This document shows positions 35,161-46,111 of a DNA stretch of 64,000 nucleotides, piece after piece. The DNA comes from a virus. Location: IMG/VR virus record IMGVR_UViG_3300034375_010007, positions 1 through 64,000 of that record. One strand, written 5' to 3'. Each line of letters starts with the position of its first letter. Position 1 is the stretch's first letter. The notes under the pieces were generated by a model. It ran no database searches. It was given only the letters and a program-made list of their open reading frames with translations, and was not told the origin of the DNA. The position numbers and the translations under genes were made by a program.

Positions 35161-36490
35161 CGAAATAACACCCCAACAGATATTTAGCCAATACGGTATC
35201 CTGAATGATCTTAGACCAGCTGACGGTCTTTCTGGTGATAGAAGATCCTTAACTACAACCGATGCTATATCTACTGTTCTGGAGCAAGCATTTACTCCTG
35301 ATGCTATTGGAAATAAAACGGTTTTCGGTGGTATTGTTTTTGGTACTTATTATGGGGACCAACCAGTAATATCCAATCCGGTGGAAAATTTGGAGTACGT
35401 CTCTAAACAGCTTGCGCTAGCAGATAGTCCAGAATTAACTGGCGAAGCAGTATATTACAAATATAAGGTTTATGTCCATGAAGGTGATCCTAGAGTTCTC
35501 ATAGATATTGATGAGCTTCTAAAAGACAATGCAACCGGGAAGTTGAATCTTCCAGGCATGTCTTTGGCTGATCGAGTTGATTCGTTACCTGACGCGTCGT
35601 TATCGCTTGATGCTAGTGTACCCAACGGTCAGTTGGCTATTTTGCCTGGAACACTGGTTAGTATAATATACGCCGACGAAAAGTTCCAAAAACCTCAAAT
35701 TATAAAAGTAGGACCTAAAATATTTGATATTAATCTTCAAAATTCATCAATAAAGATGGATTTCAAAGATAAAAAATCTATGCTTATGGGTCCTAGGGGT
35801 ACAGTTTCCAAGGATGATCCGGGCATCTTTAGTTGGTCTAATAGAGCTAAACAAGAAACAGCGATTTATATTCCAACAGGCGAACCCATCAATAATGGAG
35901 AGCTAGAGGAAGCCGGTTTGTTGTATACTGATCCAGCCTCTGGTGCTCAATTAATAAAAGATGCTAAAGATGATTGGCTTAAATTAACGGCTGCATATAA
36001 GCGAAAATTTGGCAAACAACTAAAAGGTAGTGGCTATCGAACTTATGATAGTCAAGTTAATGTGCGTATGATTAGGGTTGGTGGCGATGAGGCAGGATGC
36101 CCCGGACCGCATCGTAATGGTATAAAAGGCGAGGGCGCAGGACAGTACAATAAAAATTGTAAATTTGTTGGGTATGCAGCAATTCCTGGCACATCCAATC
36201 ACGGATGGGGATCTGCTGTAGATATAGATAGACCAGCTAGTGGATGGACCGGAGATCAAGCGGGGAACTCACCAGAATTTAAGTGGTTGAATAAATTTGC
36301 CCCCGACAAATTTAACTTTAATTTTGGTGTATCAAACGAACATTGGCACTTGGATTGGATCGGACTTAACAAAGTAGTTAAAGGGGTCTCGGTAAACACT
36401 AAACGTTGGACTCAAGAGGGGCTTGAAGATACACAGGTAACATTTGGGGCAGATCCGCCCGCCACAGCAGGACCTAGTGCGTTATCTTAG
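35153..36490 (+). CDS. Baseplate-associated protein with M15 (VanY-like) peptidase domain
   Basis: SGYRTYDSQ, PGTSNHGWGSAVDI, EHWHL. Confidence 0.8.
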   Translation: MANEITPQQIFSQYGILNDLRPADGLSGDRRSLTTTDAISTVLEQAFTPDAIGNKTVFGGIVFGTYYGDQPVISNPVENLEYVSKQLALADSPELTGEAVYYKYKVYVHEGDPRVLIDIDELLKDNATGKLNLPGMSLADRVDSLPDASLSLDASVPNGQLAILPGTLVSIIYADEKFQKPQIIKVGPKIFDINLQNSSIKMDFKDKKSMLMGPRGTVSKDDPGIFSWSNRAKQETAIYIPTGEPINNGELEEAGLLYTDPASGAQLIKDAKDDWLKLTAAYKRKFGKQLKGSGYRTYDSQVNVRMIRVGGDEAGCPGPHRNGIKGEGAGQYNKNCKFVGYAAIPGTSNHGWGSAVDIDRPASGWTGDQAGNSPEFKWLNKFAPDKFNFNFGVSNEHWHLDWIGLNKVVKGVSVNTKRWTQEGLEDTQVTFGADPPATAGPSALS

Positions 36491-36499
36491 GAGAAAAAA

Positions 36500-37474
36500 G
36501 TGTCTAAAGTAAAAACAATATCAGCCATACAAAAACCAACAGACCCAATTGAAAAAAGAAAGTTGGACAACGCATCCCCAGCCGAAGAGGCTGATATACG
36601 CGGAGTTGGCTCAAAAGAGACAGAGAACTATGACACGCCAGATTTAATCCTGACCTCTAATGAGAAAGTTATAAGAAAAGGCAACGCATCTATTAAATTA
36701 GGAAAAGATAGAAACTCTAACAGACTCTCTGGCACCGGAGGTAAAGGACAGTCTCATTGCGCTGCAATAGATATTGTTGCTGGAACTTTGGGACATAGCG
36801 CGCGCAGTAGAGACCGAAAGGGTAACAAACTTTATGCAGATCCCAACTTTGTTCTGGACTCGGCAAGAATCTATGTCAGTCAAAAGGCAGATATCGATGG
36901 GTACTTTAGACTCAAAAAGCCAAAGGGCGCAGGATCTACTTCCTCGGTAACACCCAGATCTAGTATCGCCCTCAAGGCAGATAACATTAGAGTTATTGGT
37001 CGCGAAAACATTCGACTTATTACCCGCACAGACTCTATCAACTCACAGGGCGGGGAATTGTCAAACGCTGATAAGAGTGGATACGGAATTGATTTGATTG
37101 CAATGAATGACCCAGAAGATCTTCAGCCGATGGTAAAAGGTGAAAATCTTAAGGATTGCCTGAACGCTATGCTTCAGGTTATAGAAAATGTAAGCACAAT
37201 ATTGGACAACTTTATATCGTATCAGCAAAGCTTTAATAGATCTGTCCAAAACCACACTCATATGTCACCTTTTTATGGAACTGAAACAGCGCCTGATTTC
37301 AAGCAGGTTATGAGTGCGGGAATAGAAAATATGATTAATGTTACTTTAAATTGTCAAGTACCAATGATTGCGGACATACCTTTAAGTAATGTTGCTATTG
37401 TAAATGATTACTTGGACAACTCCGGGGTCGCCGGCGATAAGTATATCCTAAGCTTATATAACAGGACAAACTAA
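36500..37474 (+). CDS. Putative baseplate spike / gp5 C-terminal-like protein
   Basis: Beta-rich; ALKADNIRVIGRENIRL, QPMVKGENL, HTH (HxH) near the C-terminus; position before gp25. Confidence 0.55.
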   Translation: MSKVKTISAIQKPTDPIEKRKLDNASPAEEADIRGVGSKETENYDTPDLILTSNEKVIRKGNASIKLGKDRNSNRLSGTGGKGQSHCAAIDIVAGTLGHSARSRDRKGNKLYADPNFVLDSARIYVSQKADIDGYFRLKKPKGAGSTSSVTPRSSIALKADNIRVIGRENIRLITRTDSINSQGGELSNADKSGYGIDLIAMNDPEDLQPMVKGENLKDCLNAMLQVIENVSTILDNFISYQQSFNRSVQNHTHMSPFYGTETAPDFKQVMSAGIENMINVTLNCQVPMIADIPLSNVAIVNDYLDNSGVAGDKYILSLYNRTN

Positions 37475-40400
37475 TGGCAATACCAGAAATACAAGCTATA
37501 TCTCTACAAACTTTAATCTCCAAAACTTTACCGGGTATACCATTTGTCAATAAAGTAGACAACATAATGAACTTTTATGTTAATGTCACGAGTCGTGGAT
37601 CCAAAGAGACCCAAGAGCGCTTGTGTACAGACTATTTTATTGAACACTATTTTCCAGAGTATTATCCTTTAGTAGTTGACAGAGATAATGCTGAGTTCGC
37701 TAGTTTTGGTGGCTTCTATGACGAGCTTCGTAATACAATTTCAGATTCGCTTTTTTTGGAAAAAGTTGGTCCATTTAACGTCAAAGATACATTTAAGTTA
37801 TCCCTACAGGAAGGGAATATCTATGACCTTAAAGAAGCTTATGAAGAAGAAGAAAAGTTACCTGATTTCTTAGATGCTCTAGCATTCTTTAACGCTGAAA
37901 GAGGCGCAGGGGCTGAGACAGGTGCAACAAGCTTTGAGTTTACAAATGTACCAAATTCTTTAGACAAATTAACAGGAACGATTAGTGACTTTTCCACCGC
38001 TATCTCGTTGTTCAAGGGAATAGTGCCTTTATCTTTGGATGCCAATAGTCTTGGAACCTTTACCAACAGGATTGTTAACGCGCTGCTAAGAGTTATCTAC
38101 GAGAGCTTAGATTTTAAGCTCCAAGAAAGTAACTTCTTCGACTCCGATTATTTGACAATGTATTTTGATAGTGATTCAAACATAGTCCGAGTTGATTACT
38201 TTGTTTTGAATGTAACTCGTGGAGAAACCAAGCAAGCTAAGATCGGGTTTATCACAAACTCTAAATACAATCCAATTTTTAGTGATCCCCTAGCCCTAAA
38301 GACAGTTGAAAATTACAAAGAAATTATTGAATCATCGGAGCAACAGTCAAACTTAACAAAGCAGCAGTCAATAACAGGCTTTTTCTCGACGCTTGGAATT
38401 GAAGGCTCTTTCACTGCACCACAGATAGGAGACATTCCTGGCTCCATCACTCCCGGTAATAATATCTTTGGGAACAGATCATCAGACGATCTGATTGATG
38501 TAAGTAATATGCAACAGCTTGAGGACACGTTCAGTAAGCTTAAAACCAAAGAAGAGTTGCTAAAAGAGATTGAAGAGGCCGAAAATGAAGAAACGAAAAA
38601 GAACATCCTTCAGGCAGAAAAAGCTAAGAAACTCAACGCCGCAGTCCAAATTGTAGATACAATAGATGCCGTTCTAAATTTTAACGTTCCAATATTTGGA
38701 CCCAACGCCACAAAAGAACAAAAAATTGTAAATCAAATCCTAAACCAGTTCGGAATTCAAGCTCTTGCAAAAGAGGCAATTATCTGCTTAACATTGGGAC
38801 TTGGGGCAACAGCTTCTAGAATTACGCAGTCAGTTAGAAACTCAATCATTCAACAGGCTAGTTCGCTTCAATCAGAACCAACACCTCCATCTAAAGAAAT
38901 AAACATAAAAAGACCGAACTTAGGAGAACTGTTTTCAGACCAGTTTAAGCCGTTCTCTGTTAACGGCGATATCAAAGATCAAATAAAAGACATTATTCTA
39001 GGCGCTATCGCCAATGCTGCATTTGAAGTTATTAAGTCCCTAGTGGAATTGATACAATTTAATTGTGGCTCTATTTTAAGAGGCAATACGGGTGCCATTG
39101 ATGTAGGAAGTAGGATAAGGGACGAGAACCAGAGGGCAGCTGTTAGCTTCCCAAACCTTGAGGAGCTTTTGGAGGCTGAATTTGCCCAGGATGGTTTGGC
39201 TCTAGATCAGGTTTATACTTATTTCTCAGATGTATCAAGCGTGTTGAATCCCATAGAAGTATGTCGTTTACTCAACTCTCAGAGAGAAGTTGAGCCGTTT
39301 ACATATGCAAAAATTCTTGATTTTAATTCAGACTATTCTTCACCACAGATCAGAAATAATATCAATACAATTGGCTCCATTAACAGTTACTTTTCGAGAA
39401 TCTCCCAATATGTTGACACAGTGACATTCTGCAACGATATTATCAATAATAATATCTTACAGGTCGTAGAAAACTGTAATATATGTCTAGACGAAGATTT
39501 CTTCGATTCAACACCAGCGCTGGACGAATTAATAAGGATTGCCGAAGACGGAATTCAAATCGCCCCGCCGCCACTTGATTTCTTGTGCCCGGATTCCCCA
39601 AACTATCTTGAAAATCCTATCGCAACAACAATTTTACCTAATTTGTTCAACAACATCTTAGATACAACAAAGACTTATATGGCAGGGTCCCTTGAAGCTG
39701 CGCGCACGTCCTTGCTTGAACCTACAGTGTCAAACGATATAAATCCAGATGTTGCCGGGGCGTTCGGTGCTCTAGGAATTCAGCCTCCAACTGCCTCCTT
39801 GGATCCAGCAGTTTTAAACTTTATCACGGACATGTTTGAATTTTTTGACAATATAAATGAAGAAGTTGTTGCTGCAGCCCAAAGTGGTGTATGTCAAGAA
39901 ATCGATAGTGCCAAAATACAAAATATTATTGATAATGCTGGGATTGTGGCCACTGCCATACGAGCCGGATTAAGTGAAGTCCCGGGCGTTATAGAGGAGG
40001 TTGATAACAAGATTACTTCCATTCAGGATCAGGCGACTGGCACTGGACCCGCACACACGAAATATGTATTCCCGGAGGCATTCCGTAAACGGTTTGCAGA
40101 AGCTGTACAGCCTCTTAATTATGTTTCTCCCGTCGGGGGCCTGCTGCGGGGGCGACGCGTCGACGAGGCCATTTACCAGACAAACTATAATTCGTCTGGC
40201 CAAGAACAATTAACTTTAAATTTTGTGTTCTCTAGAAATCAGCAATTTTCTGTTCAATATCCGGAATGGTCTCAAAACGTAGAGAGTTTTATAAATCTTT
40301 CCTATAACCTACAGAATGTGGATCCATCTTTAGCTGGTGAGCTTAGCAACTTAGTTCCGCCTGAAAACTCACAACTTCCTATTAGTGAGGCTTACCAAGA

Positions 40401-42321
40401 TTTACAATTAAATCCATATATTTATCGCTTTGTAGAGCCCATCTCTATAGCAGAGAACGAGTCGTTAGGCGACTCATCTTTTATTCAAGAAGTGGTAGGA
40501 GAAAAATACACTTCGGTGTATGGCTCATTGTATAGAAAGCTTTACAATTACATTTTAGATAATGGTGCTTTTAGTGCTTTTAAGGTAAATAATCTAAAAT
40601 TCTTTAAAAATAATGATTTGTGCGACCCCTCTAACGTTGGAGATTTGTTCGATGCAGAGGGTATTTTAGATCAAATGAAGAAAGAGTTTGCCGCAGCTGC
40701 TTGTTACGACGATGGATCAGCCAAAGACAAAACTAGAAACACTCTTTATTACGGTTTAATCCTAATGTTAATCCAGTCAATAATAGATGAGTTTGTGATT
40801 AAGAACATTGTTGTGTTCTCAGCATTTAAGATGGATTCCCTACTCGATCTACCTGTTATGAGAGAGTACATGGTCAACCGACTAGTGGCATCATTTAATG
40901 AAATTAAATCTGATGGGAATTCAATCCTAGAGCGTGAACTCTTTAATTACTTCGATAGAGTATCTCGCAGAGAGTCAACCATCAATAATGGGGGAATTGC
41001 CCACACTTATCCTCCTTTCCAAATTCCTCAAGGATTTGAACTAAATGACGACGGAACGGCAGCTAATTTTCCTTTAAATGATGAAAGTGCTCTTATTCGC
41101 TTCTTGGTTGAGGAAAGATTATATTATACTTGGGATAATGGACAAAGAAGTACCTTGGGCGCAATAAACAACATTATTGATCCAAAGGGTGAAAACAAAT
41201 CATTTGACGATGTGTTTTTAGAGGATGTGATAACTGTTAATACTATTAATGCGCAACAAGAAGCGTCAGTAGATTTTGATAATGCTGCTTACATCACAAA
41301 TATAGTGAACGATAGCTTTGACATTAATGGTGTGTACTTCACAGATGGTGTAACAATATCAAATGACGTGCAAAATTCAACAGGCCTCTCGATTCAGAGA
41401 GACGCTAATATCTTAAGCTTAAATTTATACTCTTCTCACAACAGCGACAGTACGCTGTTTTCAGTTACGCCTCTTTTCTCGATACCGATAGACTCTAACA
41501 ACACAAGACAGGAAAACCTTGCCCTAATCAAGCAAGACCCACAGTATCAGCTTTTTAAGAACCAAGTATTCAATCAAGATGCGATTATCCTTGGTCCTAT
41601 ATTACACAATTTTTATTTAACAGAGTTGTTCTTCTCGGACATTACAGACGCATTCAGAGGAACAAAGCGAGCAATCATAAACTTTATGAATATGACTGAT
41701 GCTTCAACAAGACCTCCACTTCCAGATACGCCAAATAATAATTTCCAAAATACTTTGGCAAACAATGGACAGCAGGATATGGGCTCCCTCGCAAGAGAGA
41801 TTTTCTTAAAGTTCTTGAGAGAAACACCTATCCAAATTCTTAAGGGATTGGTGGAGCTAATTGATCCTCACGTCGCCATATCAAAGATTGTAAAAGATGT
41901 CACAGGGCAAGCTTTCATAGCGGTTTCGCAGGCCATACAGACTGGGCTTGATGCCGCCGCTCCCTCCGACTCCGAAGCGCCCAATCCATTAGCAGGCATC
42001 ACGGGTGAAGATATATTGGCTCTTATGTTCTGCATTTACGACACAACTAATGAAGTAACAAGCGGAACTCTTGGTACTGGCGCTACAGGCGAAGATAGTC
42101 CATTAGCTTCAAATGCTGAAGCGGAGCCTCTATTCGGACCTAGAATTACTCTTGACGGAGTTGATTTTAAGGGAACAGTCGCTGGCATGTTTATGGCTCC
42201 TCCGTCTCCCTTGGGAATTCTGTATCTGTTGATCGAGCTTCTAAAAATCAAGATAGATGAGGAACTATCGGAAGAAGATGTTGGCGATGCAACTGAGCCT
42301 CCCCCACCAGAGGAGTGCTAA
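37474..42321 (+). CDS. Large hypothetical virion protein (1615 aa)
   Basis: Long ORF within the baseplate cluster. Confidence 0.7.
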   Translation: MAIPEIQAISLQTLISKTLPGIPFVNKVDNIMNFYVNVTSRGSKETQERLCTDYFIEHYFPEYYPLVVDRDNAEFASFGGFYDELRNTISDSLFLEKVGPFNVKDTFKLSLQEGNIYDLKEAYEEEEKLPDFLDALAFFNAERGAGAETGATSFEFTNVPNSLDKLTGTISDFSTAISLFKGIVPLSLDANSLGTFTNRIVNALLRVIYESLDFKLQESNFFDSDYLTMYFDSDSNIVRVDYFVLNVTRGETKQAKIGFITNSKYNPIFSDPLALKTVENYKEIIESSEQQSNLTKQQSITGFFSTLGIEGSFTAPQIGDIPGSITPGNNIFGNRSSDDLIDVSNMQQLEDTFSKLKTKEELLKEIEEAENEETKKNILQAEKAKKLNAAVQIVDTIDAVLNFNVPIFGPNATKEQKIVNQILNQFGIQALAKEAIICLTLGLGATASRITQSVRNSIIQQASSLQSEPTPPSKEINIKRPNLGELFSDQFKPFSVNGDIKDQIKDIILGAIANAAFEVIKSLVELIQFNCGSILRGNTGAIDVGSRIRDENQRAAVSFPNLEELLEAEFAQDGLALDQVYTYFSDVSSVLNPIEVCRLLNSQREVEPFTYAKILDFNSDYSSPQIRNNINTIGSINSYFSRISQYVDTVTFCNDIINNNILQVVENCNICLDEDFFDSTPALDELIRIAEDGIQIAPPPLDFLCPDSPNYLENPIATTILPNLFNNILDTTKTYMAGSLEAARTSLLEPTVSNDINPDVAGAFGALGIQPPTASLDPAVLNFITDMFEFFDNINEEVVAAAQSGVCQEIDSAKIQNIIDNAGIVATAIRAGLSEVPGVIEEVDNKITSIQDQATGTGPAHTKYVFPEAFRKRFAEAVQPLNYVSPVGGLLRGRRVDEAIYQTNYNSSGQEQLTLNFVFSRNQQFSVQYPEWSQNVESFINLSYNLQNVDPSLAGELSNLVPPENSQLPISEAYQDLQLNPYIYRFVEPISIAENESLGDSSFIQEVVGEKYTSVYGSLYRKLYNYILDNGAFSAFKVNNLKFFKNNDLCDPSNVGDLFDAEGILDQMKKEFAAAACYDDGSAKDKTRNTLYYGLILMLIQSIIDEFVIKNIVVFSAFKMDSLLDLPVMREYMVNRLVASFNEIKSDGNSILERELFNYFDRVSRRESTINNGGIAHTYPPFQIPQGFELNDDGTAANFPLNDESALIRFLVEERLYYTWDNGQRSTLGAINNIIDPKGENKSFDDVFLEDVITVNTINAQQEASVDFDNAAYITNIVNDSFDINGVYFTDGVTISNDVQNSTGLSIQRDANILSLNLYSSHNSDSTLFSVTPLFSIPIDSNNTRQENLALIKQDPQYQLFKNQVFNQDAIILGPILHNFYLTELFFSDITDAFRGTKRAIINFMNMTDASTRPPLPDTPNNNFQNTLANNGQQDMGSLAREIFLKFLRETPIQILKGLVELIDPHVAISKIVKDVTGQAFIAVSQAIQTGLDAAAPSDSEAPNPLAGITGEDILALMFCIYDTTNEVTSGTLGTGATGEDSPLASNAEAEPLFGPRITLDGVDFKGTVAGMFMAPPSPLGILYLLIELLKIKIDEELSEEDVGDATEPPPPEEC

Positions 42322-42334
42322 AATAAATAAATCA

Positions 42335-42342
42335 ACTATTTA
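42335..42342 (+). promoter_or_regulatory. ACTANTTA motif (ACTATTTA)
   Basis: Intergenic, directly before AGGAGG SD of the gp25-like gene. Confidence 0.55.
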
Positions 42343-42358
42343 AGGAGGAGGGCAGCAC

Positions 42359-42760
42359 ATGGCTTCTGGATTGGCACCAAGATTACCGCTGGTTTTTGAT
42401 GATGTATATGGTCCGTATGGGCTGATCACTGATTTTAGTTCTCTCGCAAAGCAAAACTTAAAAATGCTTATTTTGACAACTCCTGGCGAGAGGATGATGG
42501 ATACCGACTTTGGAGTCGGCTTGAAGAAATATTTATTTGAACAGAACACGGCGTCTACTTATTCTGAGATTGACAGCAATATCAGACAACAGGTACAGAG
42601 ATATTTGCCTTATATTGGCATTGATAGAATCGACTTTACTGTCCCCGAAAACAACCCGGATCTTTTTCCTAACAATATATCAGTTTCTATATTGTTTACG
42701 ATATTGCCACTTCAAACCAATGCGATTCTAAATGTAGAAGTTAATAATAACACTAACTAA
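42359..42760 (+). CDS. Baseplate wedge subunit, gp25/GPW-like
   Basis: QNLKMLILTTPGERMMDTDFGVGLKKYLFE...YLPYI. Confidence 0.88.
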   Translation: MASGLAPRLPLVFDDVYGPYGLITDFSSLAKQNLKMLILTTPGERMMDTDFGVGLKKYLFEQNTASTYSEIDSNIRQQVQRYLPYIGIDRIDFTVPENNPDLFPNNISVSILFTILPLQTNAILNVEVNNNTN

Positions 42761-42763
42761 TTA
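42756..42763 (+). promoter_or_regulatory. ACTANTTA motif (ACTAATTA)
   Basis: 18 nt before ATG 42782. Confidence 0.45.
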
Positions 42764-42781
42764 TAAAAGGTGCAGAAATAG

Positions 42782-44575
42782 ATGTCCAAAAAGAACGTTG
42801 CAATCAATTATACAAGTAGAGATTTTGAATCTATCCGTCGCGATTTAGAGGAGTTTGCCAAAAGATACTATCCAAACACCTATAAAGATTTCAATAGAGC
42901 TTCATTTGGATCCTTGATGCTTGATTCTGTCTCTTATATCGGAGACATTTTATCATTCTATCTTGATTATCAAATGAATGAGACATTCTTGGATAGTGCC
43001 GTCGAATACAACAATGTTGTAAAGCTAGCCAGACAACTCGGATACAAACTTCAAACAAGCCCATCATCATATGGGAAAATGACATTTTTTATTGAGGTCC
43101 CCGCCGGTAGCTCGGGCTTAGGACCTGACCCGACACTTATCCCTGTTTTGCAGGCTGGTTCTACATTTACATCGACTGGTGGTGGATTCTACACTCTTTT
43201 AGAAGACGTTGACTTTGATAAAGAGGGCAATCAGGTGGTCGTTGGTTCTGCCGATTCCACAACAGGCGCTCCACTTACATATGTGATCAGAGCGATAGGA
43301 ACCGCCGTTTCGGGGAGATCCGGAACTGAAAGCTTTACAATCGGAGGCTTTGAGAGATTTAGAAAAGTTCCTTTAGGGGTAACAAACGTATCCAATATCG
43401 TTAGCGTGACAGATTCCGAAGGCAATGAGTATTTTGAGGTTGACCATCTCTCACAGAACGTCATATACAAAGCAATAAGAAACACTACAACAACGCGGTC
43501 GACAGTGCCCAATTTACTGAAGGCTACACCGGTAGCTAGAAGGTTTGTTGTCGAGACAGTTGACAACCAGACATTTATACAATTTGGATATGGATCAGAT
43601 AGTAACAAGCTCACCAATCCTGTTGTAGATCCAACAGAGGTTGTATTAAATTTAAACGGTAGAAGCTACACTACTGATGTAGACTTTGACCCCACTAAGC
43701 TTATTGACACAGACAAATTTGGCATTGGACCATCGAACACTACATTAACAGTCCGGTACCGTTTTAATACGACATCAGACGTTAACGCTGCCGTGGATAC
43801 AATTACGGGCATAGCATCGTCCAACTTTAAATTCGGTAACCAAGGGGCCATATCCTTGACCAACAGAAATGCAGTTATCAACTCTTTGGAGGTGACAAAT
43901 GAAGAGCAATTTGTTGGAAGTGTGTCTCTACCTTCATCCGAAGAGATACGACAAAGAGCGTTCAGTTACTTTGCGACACAGAATAGAGCGGTTACAGCAC
44001 AAGATTATCAAGCTATTTGCTACGGCATGCCAGCAAAGTTTGGAATGATTAAGAGAGTTGCCATTCTAAAAGACCCAGATGAATTTAAGAGAAATGTCAA
44101 CATTTATGTAATGTCAGAGAACAGCTCCGGAAAGCTGGTTGTCGCCAACACAACACTTAAAAATAATTTAAAAAATTGGATTACCCAATATAAAATGATA
44201 TCTGATACGGTTGATATTTTAGATGCTGAGATTGTTAATTTTGACATTAGTTATGAAATACTAATCGATATTAATGCGAATCGATTTGATGTTATTAGCA
44301 CTTGCAACCAAAGATTGGCGAATAAATTCGCTATGAAGCAGGATATCGGAGAGCCAATAAAAATCACGGATGTCTACAAAGAACTGCAAAAAGTGGATGG
44401 TGTTGTAGACGTCACGTCTGTTGATGTTGGGCTGAAGTCAGGCGGGATATATTCTGAATCCAACTACGATTTTGATGCATCCTTATCGTCGGATGGTAGG
44501 ATGATTGAAGCACAGCCAAATGTCATTTTTGAACTGAAGTATCCAAATATAGATATTAAGGGATCTATTAGATAA
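42782..44575 (+). CDS. Baseplate wedge subunit, T4 gp6-like
   Basis: YTSRDFESI, YIGDILSFYLD...NETFLDSA, LGYK, QFG.G, FATQNRAVTAQDY. Confidence 0.88.
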   Translation: MSKKNVAINYTSRDFESIRRDLEEFAKRYYPNTYKDFNRASFGSLMLDSVSYIGDILSFYLDYQMNETFLDSAVEYNNVVKLARQLGYKLQTSPSSYGKMTFFIEVPAGSSGLGPDPTLIPVLQAGSTFTSTGGGFYTLLEDVDFDKEGNQVVVGSADSTTGAPLTYVIRAIGTAVSGRSGTESFTIGGFERFRKVPLGVTNVSNIVSVTDSEGNEYFEVDHLSQNVIYKAIRNTTTTRSTVPNLLKATPVARRFVVETVDNQTFIQFGYGSDSNKLTNPVVDPTEVVLNLNGRSYTTDVDFDPTKLIDTDKFGIGPSNTTLTVRYRFNTTSDVNAAVDTITGIASSNFKFGNQGAISLTNRNAVINSLEVTNEEQFVGSVSLPSSEEIRQRAFSYFATQNRAVTAQDYQAICYGMPAKFGMIKRVAILKDPDEFKRNVNIYVMSENSSGKLVVANTTLKNNLKNWITQYKMISDTVDILDAEIVNFDISYEILIDINANRFDVISTCNQRLANKFAMKQDIGEPIKITDVYKELQKVDGVVDVTSVDVGLKSGGIYSESNYDFDASLSSDGRMIEAQPNVIFELKYPNIDIKGSIR

Positions 44576-46104
44576 TGGCTATTTTAAGATATACGGCAAG
44601 TGCTGACAATACGATCACAAACGCTTATGAAGCCAACTTGGTGACAAGAGGTACAGGCTCCAATATGGGCTATGCAGATTCTCTTGAAGTCTTCTCAATC
44701 TATGCACAAGAGTCGGGCTCTAATGGGCAGTCTCAAGAACTTTCTAGAATTCTAATTCAATTTCCTGTGTCTTCTATCTCTGCAGACAGAACTGCCGGCA
44801 CAATCCCAGCATCTGGCTCGGTATCGTTTTATCTTAAGATGTTCAACGCAGAACATCCCTTTACACTTCCGCAAGATTTTAATTTAATTGTTGCTCCCGT
44901 CTCACGCTCTTGGACAGAAGGAGCGGGACTGGACATGGATGAATATCAGGACCTTGGAGAGTCTAATTGGATGAAATCCGATTCAAGCACATCTTGGTCT
45001 AGCGTCGGAGGCGACTACTTAGCTCAAGACAATTATAACGTTAGTTTTCCACAGGGGTACGAAAATCTAGAAGTTGATGTTACAACCGTTGTAGAAAATT
45101 GGATTACCGGCGCAGCGGGAGGAGGATATAACAACTACGGCTTCGGCATTCGCCTAACTGCCTCACAGGAAGCTTATTTTTCATCATCTCTCGGTACAGA
45201 CTCGGGCTCTGTAATTCAGAATACTGGAGGCGCAACCCAATCATATTACACAAAGAAATTCTTTGCTCGCTCAAGTGAGTTCTTTTTTAAGCGTCCTGTT
45301 ATCGAAGCTCGCTGGGACTCTCGCACAATGGATGATAGAGAGAACTTTTTCTTCTCCTCATCACGAGCACCAGCAGCAGACAACCTGAATACTTTACAAT
45401 TCTACAACTATGGAAGACGTGGTCTTAATAATGTTCCAGCTGTTGGAACAAGCGACATACTTGTTTCTTTCTACTCAAGCTCTAATGGATCCCCCACCGG
45501 CTCGAAGCTCTCCCTTCAGGGTGGTGGTAGCGTCGTCTCTACCGGCGATACAAACGCTACAGGAAGTTACGTGAGTCCTGGCATCTATTCGTGCGAAGTC
45601 GCGCTTACAGCGGCTTCTACGCCCTTACAGGAGATACACGACGTATGGCACTCTGGAGGAGTTGAATACTTTACTGGCTCATTTTTCCCAGAGCTAATGC
45701 CAACTTATGACAGCGCACCGACATTCAATAGAATCACATCTTGCAAGAATCTTAAAAAGAAATACTCAAGACAAGATACAGCAAGGTTTAGATTCTTTGT
45801 TCGTGATAGAAACTGGTCTCCAACGATTTACACAGTCGCGACTGCCAATAATCCAACGGATATTATTGAGAGCGCATCATTTAGTATTCATCGCGTAACA
45901 GACAACTTGGCCGCAATTCCATACGGTACCGGATCAGACCTTAGCACTTATTTATCATACGATAAGGAAGGAAATTTCTTTGATTTAGATATGTCTCTGT
46001 TAGAGGCTGATTATATGTATGAGATAAGGTTGTCTTATTACAACGACAGCATTGGGGACTGGCAAGAACAACCTCAGACGTTCAAATTTAGAGTTGAAGA
46101 ATAA
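44575..46104 (+). CDS. Virion structural protein (DNRLRE-like beta domain)
   Basis: ADNTI, SRILIQF, W.EG.G, W...GGDY, DVT..V..W, NYGF.I, F.ARSSE...RP.IE..W. Confidence 0.65.
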   Translation: MAILRYTASADNTITNAYEANLVTRGTGSNMGYADSLEVFSIYAQESGSNGQSQELSRILIQFPVSSISADRTAGTIPASGSVSFYLKMFNAEHPFTLPQDFNLIVAPVSRSWTEGAGLDMDEYQDLGESNWMKSDSSTSWSSVGGDYLAQDNYNVSFPQGYENLEVDVTTVVENWITGAAGGGYNNYGFGIRLTASQEAYFSSSLGTDSGSVIQNTGGATQSYYTKKFFARSSEFFFKRPVIEARWDSRTMDDRENFFFSSSRAPAADNLNTLQFYNYGRRGLNNVPAVGTSDILVSFYSSSNGSPTGSKLSLQGGGSVVSTGDTNATGSYVSPGIYSCEVALTAASTPLQEIHDVWHSGGVEYFTGSFFPELMPTYDSAPTFNRITSCKNLKKKYSRQDTARFRFFVRDRNWSPTIYTVATANNPTDIIESASFSIHRVTDNLAAIPYGTGSDLSTYLSYDKEGNFFDLDMSLLEADYMYEIRLSYYNDSIGDWQEQPQTFKFRVEE

Positions 46105-46111
46105 TTAAAGT

